64,000 nucleotides of DNA from assembly GCF_038025025.1 (NCBI RefSeq), contig NW_027117343.1, forward strand, positions 1,488,001-1,552,000, written 5' to 3'. The stretch's first letter is position 1, and every line of letters starts with the position of its first letter. A program made the position numbers and the translations under genes. Shown piece after piece: positions 36,852-48,900 of this stretch. Source of the DNA: Phyllosticta citribraziliensis (Eukaryota). The notes beneath the pieces were generated by a model. That model did no database searches. It was not told where the DNA came from and was given only the letters and a program-made list of their open reading frames with translations.

Positions 36852-39800
36852 ATGACTTCTCGTCCTGGCCCGTCAACAGCTCAGCGCACCGGCGGTGGGC
36901 CTCTCCAGCGACCGTCGACCCAAGCACGTCCCGTCCCGCCGCAGTCTCATGCCTTTGCTGCCAACTTGCGCCAGCCCGACACCATCATCGACCTGACAGC
37001 CGACGACGCCAAACCACCCGTCGAGAGGAAGCAGCTGCTTGAAGAGTCGACCTGGTTCGCCCCGTCCGCCGCGCAAGATGTCACCAAGCCCACCGCTCGC
37101 GGCAGGCCCCAGGCCGTGTTCGAAGAAACCCCCGACATATCAATTGCTGGGCTCGGAAAGACGACGCCTCACCGTCCAAACATAATTCCTCCCACTGGAA
37201 CGCTGCCTGTTCCTCCGCGACCAGGTTTCCGCGCCCCATCCAGAACCTCGACACCTCTCAGGGTAGCCTCGCCGGCGCCTGCTCCGAAGAAGCCGACCTC
37301 CCACCGCCAAGACCCTCTCTCGACTCCCCCCGAAGCTGTACGAATACGTGGCAAAGCTGTCGACTTTTATCCTTGGAATGGAAACCACCCGGAAGACAAT
37401 TTGACTGCCGACGTGGTCAAGGTGGGCTATTTCGAGGAGAGAAAGGGCCAGGTCGACATTAATGCGGCCAAAACTTTGGTCAGCCCGCAATTGCGCACCA
37501 AGTCGACCCTTCAGACCCTGTCGTCCCTGTTTGTCCAGGCTCTCGAGAAGCGCCAGGCGGCTGGACGCGTCAAGGAAGCCTCCACCTTCAAGCCACCGCC
37601 ACGCATCACCGTCACAGACACCAAGAGGGAGGAATGGCTGCGCGACTTGGCGAATCCTGCCCTCCCGCCGAAGCGCCGGATTCCCCACGGGATTCGCGGT
37701 AAGCTGCTGTTGGAACAGTGTCTTGGCAAGAATATTCCCATCGCGAGGGCCATTTGGCTTGCCAAGTGCGTCGGCGCGAACGAGATGCGCGCTTGGATGA
37801 GAAAGGGCGCCAGCAACCCTGGAGGCATGGGCGGAGAGCTCAAGTGGGTGCGGGAGTGGACAATCTTCGTGGAGCAGTTTGTCGAGGGAACAATCAACAA
37901 TTGCGGGCAGCAAGGCTGGCGGGACAAGATGGACTACACGTAAGTGTCTCTCCTCCCGAAATTCCAAGCTAACGAGACAGAATTCGTCTTTCCACCCAAC
38001 TATACACGGAACGCCTCCTAGACCAAGATCACTTTCTCGACTGGCTCCTACTTTCTCTCGAGACCGCCGAGGTTGACAAACTACCGATATGGTTACTTCT
38101 CATGAGGATATACTGGCAAGACTTGGTTGCAGTTCGTCGCCGTGGTAGGCGGCTTGCCGAGGCGTTGCTTTCGCACCTTGACGCTGTGAGTGTCTCATGT
38201 AATGCTTGGACTCGACTGACTTGCAAGATGACCTCCGATGACACTGCCGAATTCGCCCAGACTTTGGTCGACCAAGTCCGTCAATACGTCTCCAATCTGG
38301 TCACGTCGCACCGCAACTGCTTAATCATCCCCAAGACGTGGAAGAAGCATCAACACATAATCGACGCCTTACAAGCCGACAGCAATCCATCTCTTCAGGC
38401 TGCCGCTCGAGACGTCGTACGAAGAAACGAAAGACTCACTGGCTGGAAGAGCAAATGGGCGCAAAGCAACGCGTCTGCTCAAAAGGCAGTCATTTCGTCC
38501 CTCGACTCACTTTCACTGGACTTGAATATCAACGATCTTTCCGCCAAGTGCCTCGACCTCGTCCCGGACCGCCACAGCCTTGCCATTACCGTCCTTCAAT
38601 GGGCATGTTCTCTATACCGCGAAGGAGAACACCGTCTCTATGTTGCTGCTCGCCTGCTGCGAAAGTGGAGAATGAGAGGAGCGGATATCGACAGCGCCAT
38701 ATTGTCGTTTCTGGGCGACAAACAACGGCTGCGGGACATCAAGCACCGCGACTTCTTCCGACTCGTGGCAGAGCTTGTGCGATCACATCACTTTTCGGTT
38801 GGGAGATATCTTCAATGGTTGATCGCTAGTGGCAGTCTCTTCAACAATTCCGACGGCTGTCCTTTTCGCTTGATTGCCGAGATTCCCTCTCACGACCTCC
38901 CCGAGCATGTGCTCAATTTACGAGAAACAATCCTGACAAGTACGCCGATAGAAGATTCCAACGACCATGTGGATGACATTCTCGCCGAGTTGAAGACCAT
39001 CTTTACCATGAAAGACGGAGAGACCATGTCTTTTGACACTTCCTTCCATCACCTCAGCACCAGTGTGCGATTCGAAATCAGCCATTGGTTACGCCAAGAA
39101 TTAATCTTCCTTCTCGATCCTGCAGCGTTCGAGTTGGATGACGGGATGCGCGACGATTTTGTCCTCACACCGTCCCGGTTTTACACGGTTAGAGATGTCT
39201 TGGAGCAACTCGAAGATTTTGCCATTCTTGCCGATGTCCTGCAGCTCGCACTGGATTCTACCGACACCATGATATATGCCGCAGTTGCAGACACGCTCAA
39301 CTACCACCACGCCGCCTTTGCCGCCATTGGCGCTCTCCTTCCTCTCTACAACAAGCTCGCCGAGCACTATGTCAAACTGAGGCTTGAAAAGCCACTCGAC
39401 CGAGCTTTTCTCCTCGCTCTGGCAGACTTGTGTTGCCGTCTCCAGCGAGATGCCAACTTGGTCTTGCAGCTGACATCTGACCTGACTAGGCTCGACCAAA
39501 AGTCCGCCGTCGCTGCATGTTCCCCTGCGTCGGACAACATGGCCGACACCGGTTCCAGAATGTACTTTGACGAGGAAATCGACCGGATCCTGGCGAGCGG
39601 CACCAGCATGGACGAAAACATGGTAGCCCGTGTTTTTGCCAAGGTCGTCACGCGCATCGAAGAGCAGATTGGCAAGGAAAAGGGCACAAACAGCAAGTTT
39701 GGGCAGTGGTTTCAGCGCCTCAAAGCGTTCGACGAAAAAACGTTTGACCGACACATGTCCGACACCATCTCAAGCCTCCTCATTGGAAACAAAGACCAGC

Positions 39801-41759
39801 TGCTTGGTCAAATGCTTCCATCTGCTGTGGGATCAGGCTCGCTGTCGTTGGAGAATTTCATCCAATTCTCGGAGCGCACCATTACGGTCCTCAAAAAGTC
39901 GGATGCGTCGTTGGCTGCCGAGGCCTCTCTCCGCCTCCTCGATGCCATTCTGCCCATGGACGGACTCAAGGGATTCGGCCTTGTTCAAGAGGTTTACCGC
40001 TACAGACTTGAGCAGGAAAAGCTTTGTCATAGCCAGCAAGGCACGGCGCTGCAACTGGTACGCCAGGCGATCGATCTCTGCACAGATCAGACGCGCCGGG
40101 GTCAGTCTGCCCGCCTCGATGCCTTGCTGCATAGCCAGCGCCTGTTGCAGGTTCTCCGCTACCACGCGCCTCGAACACCCCAAGAATTTTGCGTCATCAT
40201 GGGCATCAGTCCGCCAGTGGGTACTGACGCTTCGCCGCTCGACGAAAAACGGACCAAGGTCATCAAAGAGACGCTTGACTTGATGATGGATCCCAACAAT
40301 GCACTACGTCTCTCGACTCTCGACGCTGATGAGGAAGCCAGCACGCTCGTCAACGCTGCAGATGATCTTTCTGTACCATTTTGTCAACTTGAACTACAGC
40401 TTTTGTTCAAGATTCACACCGAGTCTGACGAAGAGGGCGAGGTTGGTGTAGCAGATGCCATCATTGCCGCCATCAAAGAGTCTGTCGAGTCGGACAAGTC
40501 TGTCTGGTCTGATTTGCTGACCGGACTGGATGTGGAGATGACGAGAAAGGTAAGACATTAGCCCTGGTCTTGGTTCATGCTAACAATTGCAGATTCGAGA
40601 GTACGCCGAGTCCCACATTTTATCCGCCCTGACCAAGATCGCCAAGCATCGCCAGGGAGAAGAGTTGGAACCATGCCTGCAAGATGTACAAGAGTCTCAC
40701 AAGATGTTGCAACGGTACTTGTCCGTCATCAACCTCACCTCTTGGAGTATCGAAGACAGACATCAGGGCCAGACTATTGGCGCCATCTTGGAGCGACTAC
40801 GCTGGCTACTCGAAGTGTTGTCGCAGAACCCAAAACCACTCCCATCTGATGCACTCTGTCCATGGATCCAGGCTCTTCTACATCTCATCATTGTCCACAA
40901 AACACCTTCATCTTCCTCACCATCCACTTCATCCACGGCCTCTCCTCAGCATCAGCCCCACCCCAGCAAACCCAACACGTCCCACCAAGCCTCTCTAATC
41001 TGGATACTGCGATCATACCTCCTCAACTCCGAGCTGCGGCCCTTCCAAGCAACTACAGAGTATGCCCTCGACGTGGCTGCGATGCTGTCGGATGACCTCC
41101 CCGAGGAAGCGCGGAATCAGCTCTGCAAAATGGAGTCGCAGCGGCCCAGTGGTGACGCTCGCATCGCCTGGCTCCTGGGCCGGACGGACAAAAGCAACGA
41201 CATGGCATGGCTCGGCCTCGTCACGCCAGTCCACGGCGCAAATCAAACCAACACCACGACCCCGGCTCCCGCCCAGCCGACGCCCCAACATCAAGCGCGT
41301 GGCGGACTGTTGGCTCAGCACCCAGGGTACCCGCACACGCCAATCCCCCAATACCAACCGCAGCACGCGCACCAGCAACAGGGCTTTTGGCAGGCGCGGC
41401 ACCACCACCAACCCTACCCGCCGTACGCCCACCAGCACCAACGTCTGCACTCCTTCCCCGGCATGCCCGGGCAGGGCGGCAGCGTCGGCTTCGCCGTCGG
41501 TGGCGGCGCCGCGTCACCCGTCGCCTCGAGCACGCCGGCCGCCGCCCCATCTGCCTCGTCGGCGCAGGCCTCCGCCAATGCGGCTGTCGAGTACACCAAA
41601 CCCGTCCCATTCCACCTGCGCCGCTGGGAGATTTTGCCCGACACGTCTGTTGGCGGCGGTGGCGGCGCAGCGGGTCCTGGCGCGTCCTCGAGCGCGGCCG
41701 CGGGCAATGACACGAGTCTCAGCTTGACGCTGTTTGGCGGGCGCAGGGTGGTGCGGTGA
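36852..41759 (+). CDS. SRB8: Mediator kinase-module subunit Med12 (introns 37940-37980, 38186-38227, 40550-40592)
   Basis: Med12 signature TFKPPPRITVTDTKREEWLRDLANP...IPHGIRGKLLLEQCLGKNIPIARAIWLAKCVG; DFYPWNGNHPED; FSVGRYLQWLIASG; C-terminal PFHLRRWEILPD and NDTSLSLTLFG. Confidence 0.93.
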
Positions 41760-41829
41760 TTTCCACCTCTTACTGCCTTCGCTTCACACACCTTTCCTTT
41801 TGCGTTTGCTATTTAAGGCGTACGGGTGC

Positions 41830-43100
41830 TGGATTTTGAGCGAGCCGAGCCGAGCGGTGCTGCCGCCGCTGTCGGCCTACATATACACCTTCTCCTTTTT
41901 CTCTTTCTCTTTGACTGCTACAGCTACGGTTCGGCATTGTTGTCTCTATCATCGTCATCAGGTCATCACATCACATCATCAGGTCATCATCTTTTGCCTT
42001 TCTTTTGTTTGCTAGCGTGAGCGTCTTTGCCGTGGAAGCGTTTTCTCTCTTCTCTTTTCTTGCTTTCTTTGAGTTGTGGTAGAGTTGGCTATGGCGAGGA
42101 ATATTCTTGGCACATGTATCTCCTTTGATTGCTATCCCTGAGATATCTAGGTAAGTGGTGGTGGTGGTGGTTGATGCGGGGAGAGCAGACGAGCAGACAG
42201 ACACATGAGAATCTAAAGATGTCATCCGTTGCAACAAACAAGACCCTACTTTCTCTGCCGCGTCGATGCGCTCCAAGCTCTCGTACTAGCCTTCCTGGCC
42301 GCTTCATTTCGTCTTTCGCCTGCACATGCAGTATGGCTCTCTCTCTCTTGGCGCCGCCGCACGCAAACTTCCTCCATCCAGGCAGGCCCCCGCGCGTGCT
42401 TGCTGTTTCCCAGTTTCCCAGCTGTGCGAGCGTGCGTGCATGCATGCATGCATGCAGATCGGGTGGTCGTCAAGCTGCATGTGCGTATGCGGAGGGAGGG
42501 CGTTGTTTGCTTTGCTGTTTTGTTCTGCTGCGCTACTGGTTTGCTGCTTTGTTCTGCCAGCTCAGTTTTTTGACATGCAGTGGTTTGGTTGTGGGCCTTG
42601 CGGCAAGCAGCAATCAACATGCAGCCGTGATGGAAGAAAGAACGCGAAAGCGCGCGCCGAGCGAGAGCAAGAGGAATAGGAAGAGAGCGAAAAAGACGTA
42701 TATACACCTGTCTGTCTGTCTGTCTGTCTGTATATCTATCTATCGGTCTTCCAGCAGCGCTGCTCTGCTGCGGCGCGTGGTTGTCTTTCTCTCTTGCGTA
42801 TATTTCTCACCTGCCTCTTTCTCCTGCTCCTCATCCTCGACGTTTTTAGTATTGGTGTATATACCTACCTACCTCTATCCCCTCCCTACGCCGCCCGCAG
42901 TCTCATGCGCCCTGCCCTGGCTTCGTCGTCTCGTCCTCCCAGCCTACGCCGCGCCTCCTACTCGTTCTACCCGGAGACGGATGCACCGGCGTGCCACAAC
43001 GACACCCTGGCACTGCCGTGCGGTGCGGGTGCTTGGGCTCGGACAGAGCAGCTTCGTGCTCGATGAGGACACGCAGACCGACGGACGGACAGGTATACAA
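41830..43100. repeat. Microsatellite-rich tract downstream of MED12
   Basis: Short runs of (GAGCC)n, (TGCA)n, (TGTC)n, (GTG)n and (ACGG)n. Confidence 0.7.
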
Positions 43101-43309
43101 CCACCGCAGCCCGCTGCCTCCTGTTGTCTGCCTTGTCTACCTCGGTCTCCCAACGCGCACTCACTCGAGGCTTTTCGCTCCGACCTTTCTCTTCCCTTGG
43201 CTTTGGTCGGCGAAGCAACAAAGAGCAAGTCCAAGCAGAGCGGAGCGAGGCGGCGGAGAAGAAGATGGCGATGTCGTGTCTCTCGCTGCGCGCTGCGGGC
43301 TGTGGAACG

Positions 43310-45965
43310 GTACCGCATGATCCCGGCTATCACGTCCGGATGGATGAAGAGGTTGGGCTGGCTGGTGGTATACGTGAGTACGCTCGCGATTTTTGACGAA
43401 AGTATGATGCTGACGGGCTGTCCAGATTTCTTCGCGCACTTCGCCTCGAGGTCTGCGATGTTGTCTGCCGCTTTTTGTATGCTTCCTCGACCACGCCGCG
43501 ATGGCTGCGCGCGGCTACGCTGTCCTACCTTTGGACACAAGCGGGGGCTGGTCGGAGACGTCTGCGCGGACCGTCAGAGGCAGCGAAAGCCATGAGGAAA
43601 GTCGATCCCGGTACCGCAGCTGGATGGAGGAGCCTCATGGCAGGGTATGGCACGGCGTTGTGCTGGTGGTATATGTGAGTACGCTCGCGACTTTTGACGA
43701 AAGAATGATGCTGATGATGTTGATGGTGCTGCGAAGATTTTAAAGCGCGCCGGCTCTTTGCACACTTCGCCTTGAAGTCTGTGACTTTTTTGCGGCTTTT
43801 TGGTTGCCTCCTAGACCACGGCGCCATTACACTTTCCGTCCTCCTGTCCAATTGCGACTCGAGCTCAAGGGCGCGTCGTTTTCCCAAGGCACGAGGAGAG
43901 TCGATCCCGGTACCACAGCTGGATGGAGGAGTCTCATGGCAGGGCATAGCATGGTGTCGTGCTGGTGGTATATGTGAGTACGCTCGCGATTTTTGACGAA
44001 AGAATGATGCTGATGATGTTGATGGTGCTGCGAAGATCTCAAAGCGCGCTGGCATTGCGCTCAGTGTTCTCGGATGTAGTTTGCAGCTTTCTGTTGGCCG
44101 CCCCTCCTCTTCTGCGTCGCAAACCCAAGCGACTGGAGTTCGAAAGCTGGAGGGCGACAATACGCGCCCTCGCCTGCATCGTCATCAAAGACTACGCCCG
44201 TGTGTGGTGGCTTCGCGGCTGTATATGTTCGTTCATCTCCTACAGTGTTGGTCGAGAGACATTGCTGATTTGAGCGAGCAGGTTCCAAAGGTCAATCACA
44301 ATCTCGAATGTGGCAATTCGTTATTCGCCGTCAACAAGAGCTGTATTGCCTCCCTCCTTCAGGAACGACAACAACAGGATGGTGCTTCGCCCTTGCGCAG
44401 ACATATCGCAGTTTTTCGTCTGCCTGCTGAATGATATGCCTCCTTTTGGCAAGGCGACGACACGTTGAGAGCAAAAGCAAAAGCGTCGACAAGCCAGAAC
44501 CTCAAACTGGACAAGGCGTCGTCTATGCTTGAAGGAGCATTCGGCCGCAGGGCTGGCATGCCGGAGCGCTGGGCTTGTTTCACACGAATCGGTAGGTTGT
44601 GGCTGTGGTATATGTGAGTAGAATCTTGATTTTGCTCAAGAGACATTGCTGATTTGACCGGGTAGATTGGCCGATCAAACCCGAAGCCTATTGTGATAGT
44701 TCGACTTTGCCCGCCGCCCAGAGCTTTCATGAATTACAACAACAGAATGGCTCCTCGCCCTTGCGCAAGCATGCCGCAGCTGTTCATTTGCCCCCTGAGC
44801 TCTCCCCTTTTTGCGATGAGAGCAGACAGAGAGTACTTCCTTGACCCTTTGGCGTGGGTCGGTGGAGTGGCAAAAGATAGTAGCTGGATTCTGCTTGTGG
44901 TACATGTAAGTCTACTGGCAGTCTTTCTAGAACGAATGCTGATTCAACTAAGTAGATTCATCCACAATGGCAAGGCTCCAAAGCCGTATGTTCTCTATGG
45001 GCCTTCCACCCTGCAACCTCTGTCGTTGCCGCCCACATGGCTATTCAAGCACATCACAATGGCGCATTGGCTTCTCTTCGTTGCCATCGCGATCGCGGTA
45101 TATGTGAGTGGGTTCGCAGTCTTGCTCCAAAGACAGCGCTGATTTGAACGAGTAGATTCGTTCAAAACAACCTGACTCCTGACCGTTTACGGTCCAAGAA
45201 CCTTCCGGTCCGGCATCTCCGGCCAGCAACGATTACAGAATATTTATTCTGGTCGTCTCTGTGGCTCTGAGACTTTCAGTCAGCGTCCTTGGGGCTGCTA
45301 TGAGGAAGAGACGCAAGACGGTGCTGAGCAGCATGCCAGCCCAAAGCGCGGCTCTTGGCTCTGCTTCGGCATGAGATTTCAGCCGTCATTTTCGGTCTTG
45401 GGCGTACCTTTTTGTTGCTCACGTATACGTACGTTTCTTGACCTTGTTGCTTGAGAAACAACGCTAACACGCAGAAAGACCAGACGGCATCGCGGACACA
45501 TCCATGACCGCGTCTACTCGTCGATGGTAAGCCTCAATCGATCGTTCTGAGAGAATGAAACCTTGGGACTTCGGCGCTCGGCGTCGTTCGGCTGTCTCTC
45601 GTTTTGTCACTGAGATCTCTCCCAGTTCCCATGCATTTGTGGCGCTGTTCCCTTCTTGGACATCCACGTTCTGGTCAATCGGGCATACGACGAGGAAAAA
45701 AATCAGCATTGGTGGAGGGGACCAACGCCACCAAGTTGCTGAGGACAACGTCGACATTCTCCTGGTCTCGGAGGATGAAAGTTATACCACCATCATTCGC
45801 GGGAATTTTGACAACCATCTGGAGGACCTGACGCCTTGCGATGAGCCATTTGAGTCTGCGAACACTGGTCTAGTCGTGTGGCTTGCCGGTATATTTGAAG
45901 TATATGTACGTTCTATTGGCGGCATTTTGCTTGGAAAAATGGTGCTAAATTGTCCGCACAGATTG
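43310..45965 (+). repeat. Array of nine GTATAY|intron units; the first three are recent 300-bp tandem duplicates
   Basis: Introns 43374-43425, 43675-43736, 43974-44035, 44227-44281, 44614-44665, 44906-44955, 45104-45155, 45429-45474 and 45906-45961. Each has a GTnnGT donor (GTGAGT, GTAAGT, GTACGT or GTTCGT), a GCTRA branch site and an AG acceptor. Confidence 0.82.
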
Positions 45966-48900
45966 CTCTGCCCTGGCCTGTCATGAAAACACTTGACAGC
46001 CAGCCTCTGTCGATCCTGCCACACCATTCTTCGCCTGTAGCCTGCCGTCCGCTCTACGTCGCAATTCGGCCTCCTTCCTCGTCGATTCCCTTTTTGACAA
46101 CAGCAGAAGGACCCTCTCACTGTCCATGCGGGCTCGTAATGTGCGTACGACACATGGTATGGACACCCGTGATTTCTGTTTGTGATGGGAGCGGATGCAG
46201 CACTTGCCAACCGGTTCTTGACATCCTTCATGGCTTGGACTGGGGCAATGCTCGGGCAGTAATCGTGAGCGCTTTGGACGGCACGTGGTGTAGACCGGCA
46301 ATTTGGCAGATGCAGACAGTCGAAGACCTTGGTGGTGAGGACCTTTACGTGGCAAATCTCGATCATGCCAGACGCAGTGAACAGGGATCTTCACTGGACG
46401 CTTTGAAGGATCGCCAACTGCCCCAGGGACACATGAGAGGAGCACCGAATCCACGTACAACACCATGATGCACAGGCTGAAAGAGATGGCCGTCAAGGAC
46501 AACCGCGAATTGACAAACCTCGGGCTCTGTTTTGTTCTGGATCTGTCCCCGCTTTCCCCAACAAAGCTGGTTGATTTTTGACGCGCAAAGCATTGGCCAC
46601 ACGACTAGTGGCGGTACCACAGCCAAAGACATTTCTTTCCTTGGTGTCTTTGGAGCTCAAGAAGCAAAAGCTCGACAAACTGGTCGACCAACTGGTCCTT
46701 CTATGGTTCCGATACGCGCTATTCCTGCGCCTCCGTCAATGGTAAATACGACGTCTGCTTCTCGCTTGTTTCCGAGACGGACATGGCAGAACACTCGTGC
46801 CCTTGGTTGTCCTGGCTTCTTCGTCACTCTCAGTGCGGCAGACAAGCTTTGGAGTTCTCAACATCCAGAAGCCACCGGCTTCACTGAGTCGGAAAGCGAT
46901 CATTTCGGGACGAGGCAGTGCTTTGGGAGAGATCGCCTCAACGAAAACCCAGGCTGCGATCTCGGCAGTCCTCCAACCCCATTTGCGGCGCTGTTTGCTT
47001 CCATCCGCTTGACGTGAGAATCTGGAATGCCTTTTGCATGGTGGTAAGCTAGCAACCTTTGACGACTTTCGTGAATCTGGCTGATGAGACTGTTGTAGGG
47101 CCTTCGCTTCCTCAGACGACCTTGAATAGTGCCCTAAAGGAGCTGGCTGTCGACTGCTGTCATTTACTGACTTTGGAGCTCGAAGACCAAGAGTGTGGTA
47201 TTTTCTGCTTCTCCGGGAAGCCATTTACCCTTTCACGGCTCTCCCTTCTGGCGATGCACCGCAACAAGATTTTCGCGCCGGCCTTTGTGCTGGTACCTGT
47301 ATATACGACGACCACCCGCCCTGCCATGTCGACGTGACGACCCAGTTCTCCCTGTTTAACGACAGGCCGGACCCGCAAGCAAATGGGTGTGTCGATTGCT
47401 TCCAGTCCTTTCCAAGACGTGCCAAGTGTCCTGATCCGTGCTATCCCGCACGACTGGGTTTTCTGGCTCATCCACAAACTCCAATGGACGCACGGTCGCA
47501 AAAGAAAGAGCCTCTGAAAAAACCTGTCTTGTCGCAAGCAGACTTTCTCTGGACACGGGAGTTTATTGCGACCAGAATGATTGGAGAGTTCACTCTCGCA
47601 TTGCTGTCAACTCACCAAATCAGGGACATGTTCACACTGCCGCCGGATGAGGATGAAGACGAAGATGATGGGGACCCTCGCCTCGAGCACTCGGCGTGGC
47701 TCATGGCAATCTGCGTCAGAACAAAGTCTACGTGCCTGACACAATGCCTCGTTCAACCGTCCGTTCCTTGTCCATCGCCGACGCTCTTGCACCTTCGAAA
47801 CTCGACGCGAAAGAGAAGCCAAAGCGGCAGACGAGACGAAACGTAAGACGAGCATTCAGTGCGTCTTGTGGTCTGCGCAAACGCTTGACTTCCCACTCCT
47901 CCACCACCCACTGCCCTTGTCAGGCAACACTTCCGGATCCGGACTCTTCGCGCCTGTCATTGTGTTGCTGGCGTTATATACGGCTTTCTTTCTTGCTTCA
48001 GCCTCTCCATCTCGCATGCATTTTCTGCAACAGGGCCACGAGATTGAGAACTGTGGAGTCTTTTTTCTTCATCATCCCTGAATGGTGGATGAAACTTGCA
48101 ACGTTGGGGGCCAATGCGGAATGCTCAGCGCAACCAGGTACACTGGGAAGGGTGAGCGGGTCAGGTTCTTTGTGCTTTTTGGCCCTTTGCTGATGAAACG
48201 ATCGTAGTACACTCTCTGCTCTGCCGCCTTGATCAGGTCTCCGACACAACACGGTCGGTTCCAAAACTTACCGACCAATTGCAGGTATCCGTCGGCCGCT
48301 CCTGGCAGCTTCTACGCTTCTTTAACATTCCTCCCAGGAGAGGATGAGTTGAGCAGCAAGAAAAAATGGCCACATCTCTCGCGATTCTTTCCTGGACTCT
48401 GGTTTATATACAAGCCCTCTCGTCTCAAAAGCCTGCTTTGCTTGCATTTCAAGCCATCCAACCGACCGTCCGACGCGAGATCCCAAGCACTAGCAGAAGA
48501 GAAGTGCCCCGAATATGCCGAAAGATTCACCAATTTCGTCCTTGGGTGAGTGCACTGGCATTCCTGCGCCTGGATTTTAGGCATGGACTGACGATGTATA
48601 TTGTAGGGCCTTCGTCGATGTATAGCTTTTCGCCTCACAACAGGACCTATCCACTTGACCATATCTGGTGGTGTCTGTTGCCGTCTCCTTCCTCCGGAAC
48701 CCTTTGGTTTTCTCGCGCCCTGCCATTGGGAGGAGAAGGAAGAATCCTCCACGCTTCCTGATCTCGGTGAACGTCGGGTCCTCTTCGCATCACGTTTGTA
48801 TACAACCGCTACTCAATCTCGTCCGCGGCATTCCAAGTCAATAGATGCTCCCCGAGTAGCTCTGTGCCCTCATCCGCAACGATGATGTGGTTCCAATGCG

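Noticed and set aside
42944..43540. MADS-box-like look of the minus-strand ORF (SGQPVSIILSSKIASVLTYTT resembles Mcm1 TGTQVLLLVVSETGLVYTFTT)
   Set aside because: Spacing between the conserved blocks differs among units by non-multiples of three (36, 35, 33 nt), and the blocks are better explained as plus-strand splice signals.
42129..43595. 488-aa plus-strand ORF
   Set aside because: It runs through microsatellites, has non-protein-like composition and crosses a predicted intron.
43368..45965. Stwintron (nested intron) interpretation
   Set aside because: Removing the inner intron does not rebuild a canonical donor in the known D1,2, D2,3 or D5,6 patterns.
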